Below are positions 8,231-17,785 of a stretch of 28,162 nt of DNA, piece by piece; positions within the stretch are counted from its first letter, which is position 1, and every line of letters begins with the position of its first letter. The stretch is taken from IMG/VR virus record IMGVR_UViG_3300032328_000687, positions 1 to 28,162 of that record; one strand, given 5' to 3'. This DNA is from a virus. Lineage: Duplodnaviria > Caudoviricetes. Position numbers and translations under genes: made by a program. The notes beneath the pieces were generated by a model. It saw nothing but the letters and a program-made list of their open reading frames with translations. It was not told the DNA's origin and did no database searches.

Positions 8231-9442
8231 TTAGGAGAAAGACAAGTTGGAAACAGCGATTTCGCCAACATAGTCGCCAGCATTGCCGAAGCTGCTTGCG
8301 GTGTTGGTCAATTCGATGAAACCATAACGTGTCATGAATGATACGACTGGTTCGAATGTGGTCGGATCCAGTACAACACCTGAACTCATCAAGGGGATGT
8401 AAGGGCAGTAGAACGCAGGAGCGTCAGCTTCTGAACTACCTTTGTAACCAACCAACACAGGAGTTGTGTCAGATGCATAAGAGTCAACAAACACACGCAT
8501 TGCGCCGTTCAGTGTACCAACAAACTTGGTGTTTGTAGGTGCTTCGAATGTGCCTTCTGTGGTACGAGCGAATGCAGAAGTGGTAGCACTTTGCAATACG
8601 GTCAAACTTGCTGAAGAAACAACGGCATAGTTACCAGCGCCACGACGAGTGCGTTGAGCGATCAGGTTAGCAACACGGTTGATCAACACTGCCAGAGCGG
8701 CGTGTTCGTCACCAACGAATGTAGCAGTACCAGAAACGGTAGCTTGGTTGTATGTGTACTCAGTGGTAGCCAGTGAGCGCAGGCTCAACAAGATTTCCTG
8801 GTCGATTTCAGCTGTAATTTCTTGAGCCAAAGCAGCCATGATTTCGGCTTCTACATCGATACCATGCATTGCTTGTGCGTCTTGAGCAGCTTCAAAAGTC
8901 CAACGAGCTTGCAGCTTACGGGTCTTAGCTTCAACAGCTTGCTTCAAGATTTGCACAGAGATCTGACGACCACCGGAACCTTCAAGTACGCTTGTGTTAG
9001 CACCAGTGTAGATGTTCTGTGTTGGATCAACGATACCAGCTGTAACGCTACTTGCTGAAGAATATGCCTGAGCAATCAGGAATGGGCTCAATGCTTCTTG
9101 ACCAGCAGCGGTGCTTGTGGCAGCAGTGCTGTTGTCAGTCATTGTGTTGGCGTAACGCACACGCAGGGTGTGGATCTGACCAACTGGACCAGTCATGGGC
9201 TGAACACCTACCAATTCGTTAGCAATAACGGTTGGCATCACACGACGGATCACTGGCAGAATCACACGGTTAAGTGTGGCGATATTGCCAGAACCGGTGC
9301 TACCACCGCTTGCATTTTCTTTCAAATACTTGCGTGTGTTCTCGAGGATCACGCTCATACTTGTACGCTTGTTGCCTTTTAGGCCTTCAAGAAGGGCTTC
9401 CTTGGTTTCATTCCAACGGCCTTCTAATAGAGTTTGTGACAT
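8231..9442 (-). CDS. gp23: Major capsid protein (T4 gp23-like)
   Basis: 403 aa; VIRRVMPTVIANELVGVQPMTGPVGQI, AKTRKLQARWTFEAAQD, AFYCPYIPL and FMTRYG are gp23 hallmarks. Strong SD (AAGGAG). Confidence 0.97.
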   Translation of the reverse strand: MSQTLLEGRWNETKEALLEGLKGNKRTSMSVILENTRKYLKENASGGSTGSGNIATLNRVILPVIRRVMPTVIANELVGVQPMTGPVGQIHTLRVRYANTMTDNSTAATSTAAGQEALSPFLIAQAYSSASSVTAGIVDPTQNIYTGANTSVLEGSGGRQISVQILKQAVEAKTRKLQARWTFEAAQDAQAMHGIDVEAEIMAALAQEITAEIDQEILLSLRSLATTEYTYNQATVSGTATFVGDEHAALAVLINRVANLIAQRTRRGAGNYAVVSSASLTVLQSATTSAFARTTEGTFEAPTNTKFVGTLNGAMRVFVDSYASDTTPVLVGYKGSSEADAPAFYCPYIPLMSSGVVLDPTTFEPVVSFMTRYGFIELTNTASSFGNAGDYVGEIAVSNLSFS

Positions 9443-9464
9443 TTAAGTCTCCTTAGTTAAAAAA

Positions 9465-10562
9465 TTACAGCCCTGCCAGACGCTTGATGGCGATCACATT
9501 GCTGTTGTCAACACTGTCTTCGTCTTGACGATGGGCAGTTTTATTACCAGTGACTTCTGACACATTTTCTGAAATCACCTGGCGGGCTTTCACAGACTTG
9601 CCTTCAGCTAATACTGCTGGTAGATACTTTTCGAAAGCGTTCTTCAGACGGGGTGTCTGCACACTTTCGAGTAAATTACGCATCACTTCACGCTTTTCCT
9701 CATTGAGAGGACTTAGCAGATCGTCCATTGTGCTTTGACGCACATTGGATTCACGAATGATTCGTATTTCACGTTCCTTGGACTCAACAAGAACTTTTGC
9801 TTTCCTGCCGAGTTTGATGGCTTCTGACAGTTGATTTTCTCTGGCAGCGATGATGTTTTGCAACTTGCGAACTTCGGCTTTCTCATTGAGATGAGTAGCA
9901 CCAAATTCAGCAGCATACGCTTCAAAGATACGACGACCAAAATTGTTCTCGCGAGCAATTTTAACATCTTCGTGTAACTGTGTAAGTTCAGCCTTGAGAT
10001 GATGGCTAACAGCTTGACTCATTTTTGAGGCACTTTCTTTTACGAAACGTGTCTTGAGACGCTCCAATTGGCTACGTGCTTCACGCACCAAACGCACTTT
10101 GGTTTCCACCACGTCACGTTTATCTGTAGCAAATTCTTGGATCTCACGAGCCAGGGCATGCACCATGAAGCCTTCTAGTTTTTCTAGTCCTTCATTGTGC
10201 TGCTTGCGGTCTTTACGCAGTTCGCTGATTTCTTCGGCCAATTTGGTCACCATAAAGTTGTTGAACTTTCCGGCGCTTTCTTTCATCTTGGCTTGGAACT
10301 TCACACGATCTTCGCGTAGGGCAGCTTTCTCTTGAGCAAACTCAGCGAGTTCACCGGCGAGACCATCTGTCATCATCTTGTCTAAGGCTTCAACCATCAC
10401 TGTCTTGTCGTGCTCATAGCGTTGTGCAAACTCTTCTCGTAGTTCGCTTCGAACCTGTTCACGTGCTTCTGACAGTTTTGATTCCCAAGCTTCGTTGAGT
10501 TCTTGACTGACATCTTCATTGATCAGGCCGCTATCTAGCAATGGTTTGATTGCATCTAGCAT
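9465..10562 (-). CDS. gp22: Prohead core scaffold protein (gp22-like)
   Basis: 365 aa charged coiled-coil between protease and capsid genes; ENNFGRRIFEAY motif. Confidence 0.85.
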   Translation of the reverse strand: MLDAIKPLLDSGLINEDVSQELNEAWESKLSEAREQVRSELREEFAQRYEHDKTVMVEALDKMMTDGLAGELAEFAQEKAALREDRVKFQAKMKESAGKFNNFMVTKLAEEISELRKDRKQHNEGLEKLEGFMVHALAREIQEFATDKRDVVETKVRLVREARSQLERLKTRFVKESASKMSQAVSHHLKAELTQLHEDVKIARENNFGRRIFEAYAAEFGATHLNEKAEVRKLQNIIAARENQLSEAIKLGRKAKVLVESKEREIRIIRESNVRQSTMDDLLSPLNEEKREVMRNLLESVQTPRLKNAFEKYLPAVLAEGKSVKARQVISENVSEVTGNKTAHRQDEDSVDNSNVIAIKRLAGL

Positions 10563-10565
10563 GCT

Positions 10566-11207
10566 TTACTCCTTAATTTTGAGATCTTTGATCAGGCGTT
10601 TTACTTCCTGTGTCAAATATCTCTGTACCTTGCTGTCTGACCCTGCTTCTTTGGCTATCTCCAACACTTTATGACCATACTTCATGTTACGAAGTCCTTC
10701 ATAAATTGCACGGGGATATGCATGCGGAGCACTGGGCTGGGCAACAATATCCACAGTGACGATTTCAAAGTCACTGACATGTCCGTTGCCTTCGTTCACG
10801 TTTCCGGAACCACGGCTCGAAACTCCTAGTTTTACACCCGAATCCAACATGGTTTTCACCAACTGGCCCATGGGTGTGGGTAATATTCTCAACTTGCCAT
10901 ATCCTGCAGGGCCATCCATCCACATCTTATCGATGCAATGGCTCACACGGTCCAAGTTGATTTTCAAATCTTCTGGGTGATCCACTTCACCCAACACTGA
11001 ATAACCACCACGCAACTGCTCATTGATACTTTGAACGGCTTTACCAATTTCATTTACAGGATATACCCGTTCGTTAGCGTTCTTTACTCCGCCTTCGATA
11101 CAGATACCTTCCATGTATAATGTCTTGCCTTGGCCGTCAGGACTATCTTCAACCAAGACGCGAATCTTGGCTTGGTTGAAGTTTAAATGTTCCTGTAAGT
11201 ATTTCAT
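10566..11207 (-). CDS. gp21: Prohead protease (gp21-like)
   Basis: NANERVYP, GEVDHP (catalytic His), LGVSSRGSG (catalytic Ser), DIVAQPSAPHA. Confidence 0.95.
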   Translation of the reverse strand: MKYLQEHLNFNQAKIRVLVEDSPDGQGKTLYMEGICIEGGVKNANERVYPVNEIGKAVQSINEQLRGGYSVLGEVDHPEDLKINLDRVSHCIDKMWMDGPAGYGKLRILPTPMGQLVKTMLDSGVKLGVSSRGSGNVNEGNGHVSDFEIVTVDIVAQPSAPHAYPRAIYEGLRNMKYGHKVLEIAKEAGSDSKVQRYLTQEVKRLIKDLKIKE

Positions 11208-11213
11208 GGCTGA

Positions 11214-12050
11214 TTACTTGCCTTTAGGAAAAGGTGTGCGTGTGTTTACACCAGCAGCTTGACCCAAGTGCGGCTTGGTAGCTGGCTTGAGACTTTGTGT
11301 GCCTTGTGCTGGAGAATTACCAACATTACCAATCATATCCTTGGCAGTAGGATTAGGACGGCCTTTTGCAGTGTCACCGGTCATTTTAACTGGGTTAGCT
11401 GCCATGCCGGCTGCACCACTGTTGAATGCAGTTGTAGACTTGGTGTTGGTTCCAGCTGGTTCAGAAGTTACTGGTTTTGGAGCAGCTTTGAGCGTGATGT
11501 TTTCCATCATGCCTTCTGTTTCAAATTCGTCAAAATCAACTTCCTCGTCGCCCATACCGCCGCCGTCCATGCCGTCGTCGTCCATGCCGTCGTCGTCCAT
11601 ACCACCCATGTCGCCACCGCCCATCATGTCTTCAAATTGAGCCATGAGTTCGTCTAACTTGTCTGACAGATCCATCACATCGCTTTTGCTGGCAGTTTCA
11701 TCGTCTCCCATGTCATGCTCGTCTTCCATGTCACGAGTTAGATCGGCACCAGCGTCTTCAGCTTCGTCATCAAACTCAGCATCGTCGTCGGTTTCCATCA
11801 TGCCTTCTTCTTCGGCTTGAACATCGTCGATCATGTCACCAGATTGGCTTCCGCCCATCATGTCGTCGCCTTCACTCATGTCGGTGTCAATTTCGGTGGG
11901 TTCTTCGCCCATTGCATTGTCTTCCTGCATTAGGTTTTCATAGATCTGACGGCTCTTAGATACCACGATCTGATGGAAAAGTTCTTTGGCTTTTGCGTCT
12001 TCGTCGTTGATCACATACTCAATCAACTGTTCAAACTGGTTTTTGCTCAT
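11214..12050 (-). CDS. Highly acidic prohead core/internal protein
   Basis: 278 aa D/E/M/G-rich low-complexity protein between portal and protease, the position of T4 gp67/gp68. TAAATA at 12112..12107. Confidence 0.6.
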   Translation of the reverse strand: MSKNQFEQLIEYVINDEDAKAKELFHQIVVSKSRQIYENLMQEDNAMGEEPTEIDTDMSEGDDMMGGSQSGDMIDDVQAEEEGMMETDDDAEFDDEAEDAGADLTRDMEDEHDMGDDETASKSDVMDLSDKLDELMAQFEDMMGGGDMGGMDDDGMDDDGMDGGGMGDEEVDFDEFETEGMMENITLKAAPKPVTSEPAGTNTKSTTAFNSGAAGMAANPVKMTGDTAKGRPNPTAKDMIGNVGNSPAQGTQSLKPATKPHLGQAAGVNTRTPFPKGK

Positions 12051-12077
12051 TTAAATGGCTCCTATAGGTATTCTTTA

Positions 12078-12097
12078 ATTTTGCCACCCGGCAAAAT
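12078..12097. promoter_or_regulatory. Leader hairpin between late promoter motif and head-core gene
   Basis: ATTTTGCC-ACCC-GGCAAAAT, perfect 8-bp stem. Confidence 0.5.
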
Positions 12098-12171
12098 CTA
12101 TATCTATATTTACGATTTAATGAAAAAAGATACTGTTTATGACAGTTTTTTTGCCAATTTAGGCAGCTATA

Positions 12172-12390
12172 TTAAGCACCAGGTGCGGCCGGAGGTGCGT
12201 ATTGAGTTCTGATATCTTTTAACTTTTCGTTGTATTCAAAAGTTCTAGTATCATTCATTTTTCGCAATTTGTTCAATTGCATCAATGTGAGCTTGGTCTT
12301 GCGTAATTCACCAAGGTGAGGCTGTGTGTTATCAGCAGCAACATCTTGATATGCACTGGGGCTACGCTCATAAAGCTCATTGAGGATCAT
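12172..12390 (-). CDS. Small head-module protein (72 aa, MILNELYER...)
   Basis: Real start probably ATG 12390, 4 nt after a TAAATA that overlaps the portal stop codon. The ORF-track extension to 12645 overlaps the portal gene. Confidence 0.7.
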   Translation of the reverse strand: MILNELYERSPSAYQDVAADNTQPHLGELRKTKLTLMQLNKLRKMNDTRTFEYNEKLKDIRTQYAPPAAPGA

Positions 12391-12397
12391 GAGATAT

Positions 12398-14197
12398 TTA
12401 TGCCCCAGGTGCCGCTGGAGCGGCCGGTGGTTGTGCTGGTGGTGTTGATCCAATAGTGCCTCCGGGTGCTGCTCCTGCCTCTGCGCCTGGCGCTGCAAGA
12501 TTGCCCATTTCTTGACCCATGGCCACATCGCTTTCCAGGCCAGCAGGTGTGATACCCACTGAACGCAAATCTTGTCCTTGTGATGTTTCCATTTCTGGCT
12601 TTGAGCGTTCTTCTTTCCATAACTTGGAATTTTGTTGGATTTCATCTTCTGTTAGGCCTAAGAAACGCTCTAACAAGAATCTCTTGCTCAAGTAAGGCAG
12701 TGGTTCCAATGATGTAAATGCTGTGATACGAGTGGTATCTAGTTCTGCTTGACGGTAACTGGCAAAGTTTTGTGGTGGATTAAACTTGATCTGGAACAGG
12801 CCAGCATCAATGTTGAACCCTCTCCAACGCATGAACATCTTGAATTCGTCATCTAATTTCTGCACGATCAAGGCCTGTAGTCGCTCACAATACTGGTTGA
12901 ATCTATACTCTTGTATCAATGCTGTACCTACTTTTCCATCGGTCAACGCACGATCTGAATCGTCCGGCCCAGTGGGCAAATAGCTTGATGGCACACGCAG
13001 ACCACGGGCCATTTTGTTGTTAAAATACTTTAAATCGTCAATTTCACCTAGGTTTTGACCGCCTTGCAGCATCTCTACTGAACTGCCACGACCGTCTGCA
13101 CCTACTGGAAAGAAGAAGTCTTCGTTGATACTCAGTGGATTGTAGCTTGAATCCATGATGTTCTGACCACCACCGCCGTATGTGGGGATTCTGCGTTGAT
13201 GCATTTCATTTTTCACACGCTCCACAAACGCCATGGCCATGTGGCTGGGCATATTTCCTACATCGATCTTGAACATTCTACGCTCAGGGGCACGCTGCAC
13301 CCTGTAGATCAACATGGCATCTTCTAACAGTTCTTTCTGTTTGAATACCTTGAAGATGTTTTCCAAGATTGATTTACCAAATGGCCAGAATGTGTCCAGG
13401 CCTTCGTTCAGGCTCATATGCACCACATGCTTGGCATCGATACATGTTTCATTCACAGCACGATTGAATCTGCTGACACCGCTCATAGCTGAACTGGGTG
13501 CTGTGTAGCCGCCACCTTGCATGCTGCCGCCAATGCCACCTGCACCGCCTGAACTTGGGTTAACCATGAAGTCAGTTGTGGTCTTTGCTGCCACAGTCAA
13601 GTTCTGGAAGTTGGGGTTGATATCACGGATGATGTATTGTTCCGGGCGTTTGCCTTCGTTTTCGTTTACGATCACACGCACCACTTTGCTCATGTCCACC
13701 CAGAACATTTCAAATGTTTCAGGGTCACGCACAAACACTTGATCACCGTACTTGATAGTGTTGCGGAACAGTTTGAAGATGCGTTGATCCAGCTTGTTCA
13801 GCTTGACCCATTGCTGCATCTGTTTGCGGATGATCTCAATTTCGTGATCTGTAGGATCATCGTTGTAGGTTATGTCAAACGGTGTGTCGTTTTGTTCGTT
13901 GAGTTGCGTGGAGAACTCAGCAATGATGTCTAAACATGCGTTGACTTCTGAGTCAGCATCCATGTTTTCATATTGGTTATAGCGTTCAATACGGTTGGGA
14001 TGTCCAGAATACACTTCTGGCAGTCGGCTGGCGTAGTTACGGAAACTGAAGTCAGTGTCTGCTTGATTGTTTCGTCTTCCGTCGTTTTTGGGATATCCGG
14101 GCAAGCCCTGATCTCTTCCACCCGCGATTGGGCTCATCTGTCCAGATAGATCTGCGACCTTGAAGTATTTTTTCCAGCCTTGTTTTGGTTCTGCCAT
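12398..14197 (-). CDS. gp20: Portal vertex protein (gp20-like)
   Basis: LLEDAMLIYRVQRAPERRMFKIDVGNMP, EDFFFP, GGQNLGEIDDLKYF and LRVPSSYL are gp20 motifs. TAAATA at 14210..14205. Confidence 0.95.
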   Translation of the reverse strand: MAEPKQGWKKYFKVADLSGQMSPIAGGRDQGLPGYPKNDGRRNNQADTDFSFRNYASRLPEVYSGHPNRIERYNQYENMDADSEVNACLDIIAEFSTQLNEQNDTPFDITYNDDPTDHEIEIIRKQMQQWVKLNKLDQRIFKLFRNTIKYGDQVFVRDPETFEMFWVDMSKVVRVIVNENEGKRPEQYIIRDINPNFQNLTVAAKTTTDFMVNPSSGGAGGIGGSMQGGGYTAPSSAMSGVSRFNRAVNETCIDAKHVVHMSLNEGLDTFWPFGKSILENIFKVFKQKELLEDAMLIYRVQRAPERRMFKIDVGNMPSHMAMAFVERVKNEMHQRRIPTYGGGGQNIMDSSYNPLSINEDFFFPVGADGRGSSVEMLQGGQNLGEIDDLKYFNNKMARGLRVPSSYLPTGPDDSDRALTDGKVGTALIQEYRFNQYCERLQALIVQKLDDEFKMFMRWRGFNIDAGLFQIKFNPPQNFASYRQAELDTTRITAFTSLEPLPYLSKRFLLERFLGLTEDEIQQNSKLWKEERSKPEMETSQGQDLRSVGITPAGLESDVAMGQEMGNLAAPGAEAGAAPGGTIGSTPPAQPPAAPAAPGA

Positions 14198-14213
14198 AGT
14201 GTATTATTTATTG

Positions 14214-16268
14214 TTATGCATAGGCTTGATTACTGATCTTTTCCAGGTATGATCTAGAAGCACGAGAGATATCAATCAGTTCATCCATTTTTCTTTCTAA
14301 CAGCACATTGCTTGCGATCATTTCCTCGTTGGAGGTTTTTTCTGGAAGCCCTGCAAACTGTGTCATTGCTCGTTTTGCATCTTCGGCTGTGCCTGAAAGT
14401 TGTTGAGCTACATCAGGATTCACTCTTTCTCGATATCTCATGCTGGCCGCACTTGGTCCTGCTTGATTTCTTACTGCGCCAAGTTCTTCAAGATTTTCTG
14501 AAAAACCACGAGGTTGTCGTTGTTGTGATGGAACAACTAGATTTCTTAATCTTTCTCTAAGTGCTTCTAGTTCTTTTTGTGCTTTTTCTCTTGACTCTGC
14601 AAGAGCATCACCAACCATTCCAAGAATCTCGGTTTCCAAATCCTGGATAGCCTGTCTTGTGGCTTTCTCTAATTCCGGAACCAGCAATGCAAGTTGTTTT
14701 ATTGCTGCTTCTCGGATCATGACTTCAGTAGGTGCCTCCATTTTTTTACCAGTAGCTTCCACCTGTTTGTCTGCACGATCTGATTCTTTTTCTCCAGGAG
14801 TACCACCCACACCTTGTGATCGCATTTGTTTATTTGCTTTTTCAACTTCGGCCGCAAGTTGTTGAGCATTCATACCCTGTGTACCAGCAGCATTTGGCAA
14901 CCTAGCTCCTTCTGTTTTTGTTGCTTCAGCCAACTTCATCATGAAATACGATGTGGCTAATCCTCCAGCATGCAACATGTTTTGCAATTCTTTTTGGGCT
15001 TCGCGTTGTAGTTGGATGGTTGCAGTCTGTGTTTTGATACTTTCGTTTGTGTTTTCAATTTGGGTCTTTTGTTGTGCCTGAACAGCAGCCGTTCTTTCTT
15101 CTGCTGTGCCTCTTTGATTTTCCAGAGATCTCATGTCCTTGACATTGGCAAATAAAGTGTTTCCAGTGGCCATGATCAAGCTGCCAAATGTGTCCATGGT
15201 CTTCTTGAATTCACCTTTGGCTGTGTCAAGTATTTGATTGGCTTGAACACCAGTGCCTTTGGCTGCTTGATTAAATGCTTCCGGTGCGCTTTGATACAGT
15301 TTACGACCTTCTTCAAACTGCATGCCCATGCCTGTGAATGCGGCCATGAATCCTTTTCGCACACTGCCTTCAGTTGAACTCATGACTTTTTGTTCTTCAA
15401 CCAGTTGCTTTTGTGCTTCAATGTCACCGGCATCGGCTTTTTGTTGTAGTTCTCGTTGGTGTATTGAGTACTGTTCGTTCAACAAAGCTTCTTCTTGTTC
15501 TTTTACTAACGCATCAGCACTCTTGCCGGTGAGTTTGCTCAAGGTGTCCATTTGCTTGATATAATCTTCTGCACCAGCTGCCAGTCTAGCAGTATAGGCT
15601 CTTTGATCTTCTCCGGCTCGTTGCATTGCTCCACCGGACTGCTGTTGTATCTTGAGATAATTGGCCATGCCTGTGTTGATGCTTTCAACACTCATACCCA
15701 TGTTCAACAACTGAGTCTGAACTCCAGTTCGTTGTATATTCTCAGACATGTCAGCAAATGTTTTCACACCTTGCGCTGCGGTTCCACCAAATTTTGCTAG
15801 AGTTTCTGAATTTGACGCAAGCATCTGCGTGAACTGTGGCAGTTGCTTGTCACTTACTACACCAAACTGCTGTGCCATTTTAAGCAAACTATCTGTGTTT
15901 GCTTCTCCGGCAAGACCTATCTTTGATAGTCCCTGATAACTCTTGTATAGTTCGTCATTTTGTACATTAACAGCTTTGACATATTCCATGCCAACACCGG
16001 CCATGACTTTGACTGTTTCTCCCAAGATTGGAAAATTTTCTCCTATCTTTTTTGCACTGGCTCCAACGCTATCCAGTACTGAATTGTATGCAGACATGCC
16101 AGTTGCACCCGAACTGGTAGCAGAGACCAGGGCAGCAAACGGTCCTAACAACTTGTCCACTGCCGGGCCCAGAGTGGTAAAATTCTGGGTGGTTTTACCC
16201 AACATGTCGTTAAAAAGTCTATTGTTTCTTCTTAACTCTTCTAATTCTTCATCACTTATGGTAGCCAT
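14214..16268 (-). CDS. Tape-measure-like / baseplate hub protein (gp29-like)
   Basis: 684 aa, A/Q/M/G-rich helical composition, Cys- and Trp-free, adjacent to the gp26-like gene. TAAATA at 16320..16315. Confidence 0.6.
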   Translation of the reverse strand: MATISDEELEELRRNNRLFNDMLGKTTQNFTTLGPAVDKLLGPFAALVSATSSGATGMSAYNSVLDSVGASAKKIGENFPILGETVKVMAGVGMEYVKAVNVQNDELYKSYQGLSKIGLAGEANTDSLLKMAQQFGVVSDKQLPQFTQMLASNSETLAKFGGTAAQGVKTFADMSENIQRTGVQTQLLNMGMSVESINTGMANYLKIQQQSGGAMQRAGEDQRAYTARLAAGAEDYIKQMDTLSKLTGKSADALVKEQEEALLNEQYSIHQRELQQKADAGDIEAQKQLVEEQKVMSSTEGSVRKGFMAAFTGMGMQFEEGRKLYQSAPEAFNQAAKGTGVQANQILDTAKGEFKKTMDTFGSLIMATGNTLFANVKDMRSLENQRGTAEERTAAVQAQQKTQIENTNESIKTQTATIQLQREAQKELQNMLHAGGLATSYFMMKLAEATKTEGARLPNAAGTQGMNAQQLAAEVEKANKQMRSQGVGGTPGEKESDRADKQVEATGKKMEAPTEVMIREAAIKQLALLVPELEKATRQAIQDLETEILGMVGDALAESREKAQKELEALRERLRNLVVPSQQRQPRGFSENLEELGAVRNQAGPSAASMRYRERVNPDVAQQLSGTAEDAKRAMTQFAGLPEKTSNEEMIASNVLLERKMDELIDISRASRSYLEKISNQAYA

Positions 16269-16332
16269 GTCAATTTCCTTTGAATTTTCTCACGGTGAGA
16301 TTTTGTCATAATTATATTTATCGAGGAAATCT

Positions 16333-17172
16333 ATGCTACCAAACAACCCGCTATCACAATACTTCCGTCAACCTGCAATCTACATCAGATTGCCCAGCCA
16401 GGGTAAATTCTATCCACCAGGCGCACTAAACATGCCGCCCAACGGTGAAATACCGGTGCTGCCCATGACCAGTGTGGACGAAATTACCTACCGCACTCCA
16501 GATGCTTTATACAACGGTGCTGCCACTGTGAGCGTGATCCAGAGCTGTGTTCCTGCCATCAGAGATCCATGGAGCATGCCCAGCATTGATGTTGATGCTG
16601 TGCTAATAGGCATCAGGATTGCCAGTTACGGGCATGCCATGCCGCTGTCACTGACCTGCCCGGAATGTAAAGAAATAGAAGATGTCAATATTGATTTACG
16701 GGCAGTAAATGACGGCATCGCTATTGGAAATTACAATACTTCGTTGATCATGGGAGATTTGGAGTTTTACATAAATCCTATCACATATCAAATTGTGAAT
16801 CAGAACAATCTCATACAACTTGAACAACAACAAAAAATCAATGCTGTAACTCAAACAGAAATGCCCGAGACTGAAAAAATACAAAAGTTAAAAGAGGTGA
16901 TGACCGCTATCAACAATACAACCATAGACACTGTGGCTCGCAGTATTGGTACTATCAAAACACCCACTGCCATGGTGACCGAACACCAATACATATTGGA
17001 TTACCTGCGTAATTGTGATAGCAAAACATTCAATCAGATTCGTGATCATGTGATCAAACAACGAGAGGTCAGTGAAATCAAACCATTGGATGTGACCTGC
17101 AGCAGTTGTTCACACAAACACAAACAAGCATTTACTCTGGATCTAGCAAGTTTTTTCGGCAACAACTCCTGA
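16333..17172 (+). CDS. gp26: Baseplate hub subunit / tail assembly protein (gp26-like)
   Basis: LPSQGKFY, PMTSVDE, DVDAVLIGIRIASYG, two CxxC motifs (CPEC, CSSC) and C-terminal LASFF. SD GAGG upstream. Confidence 0.75.
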   Translation: MLPNNPLSQYFRQPAIYIRLPSQGKFYPPGALNMPPNGEIPVLPMTSVDEITYRTPDALYNGAATVSVIQSCVPAIRDPWSMPSIDVDAVLIGIRIASYGHAMPLSLTCPECKEIEDVNIDLRAVNDGIAIGNYNTSLIMGDLEFYINPITYQIVNQNNLIQLEQQQKINAVTQTEMPETEKIQKLKEVMTAINNTTIDTVARSIGTIKTPTAMVTEHQYILDYLRNCDSKTFNQIRDHVIKQREVSEIKPLDVTCSSCSHKHKQAFTLDLASFFGNNS

Positions 17173-17387
17173 GATCCAATCCTGGGGATGTCAGTGAGTT
17201 GGTAGATACCATGGAGAAAGATTGCCAATCCATACGCCAGGAAGCATTGAAGATAAGTTGGTACATGCGTGGAGGATTAACATATGATCAGACCATGGCA
17301 TTAGGCATACAGGAACGCGAATTGATCAATGAACTGATCAAAGACAATTTAGAAACAACTAAGAAATCAGGATTGCCATTCTTCTAA
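17151..17387 (+). CDS. gp51-like hub assembly protein, probably expressed as a -1 frameshift extension of gp26 (alternative ATG at 17211)
   Basis: WYMRGGLTYDQTMAL..ERELINELIKDNLE resembles small gp51-type proteins. The frame is open from the slippery TTTTTTC at 17151-17157; no clear SD before ATG 17211. Confidence 0.6.
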   Translation, partial: FFRQQLLRSNPGDVSELVDTMEKDCQSIRQEALKISWYMRGGLTYDQTMALGIQERELINELIKDNLETTKKSGLPFF

Positions 17388-17394
17388 GTATTCA

Positions 17395-17785
17395 AGACTT
17401 GCTACGCAAGTCTATTGATTCGCTGTGCTCATCAATGCTTTTTTGTTTCTTGACTTAGTATCATCTAGATACTGTGGTCATAATTCACCGTATGCACGGT
17501 GAATGATGCATCATCTGAGTGACAGCAGTCATCTTGTTTAATGAGATTGTGGTTTCCCACGCGGAGGCGGTTGACCGGTACCCCCTACTCAAGCTTCACA
17601 TATCAACGGAACCCTAGTAACCCGATCAAGATCCAAGTCCTATAAGCAGGGGTTGTATCTGTTTCACAGAGCCCCGACCATTTGTTGCCTTAAGTTAGCA
17701 ATTTGCCTTTGACGCCCAAGTCCGGACCGGGTATCGCACCGTTCCTCAATGGGGTTGAGTCATGTCACTCAACACAGAGTCGTGA
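17395..17785 (-). ncRNA. Candidate large structured ncRNA (~310-390 nt), family not recognised
   Basis: ORF-free 398-nt gap in an otherwise gene-dense genome. Several perfect hairpins, GAAA-type loops on the minus strand, and nested long-range helices (e.g. 9-bp 17763-17771/17516-17524). Confidence 0.65.

Noticed and set aside
17395-17785. Identification of the non-coding region as RNase P RNA, tmRNA, a group I/II intron or a CRISPR array
   Set aside because: Fragments recall RNase P (GAGGAA after a hairpin, GUGAAAC..AACCCC, GCUUGAG), but GAGGAAAGUCC and the ACAGAA..CGGCUUA P4 partner are missing. There is no tRNA-like end or tag ORF, no P7 or domain V motif, no interrupted host gene, and no repeat-spacer periodicity. 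An Infernal search is needed to exclude a degenerate member.
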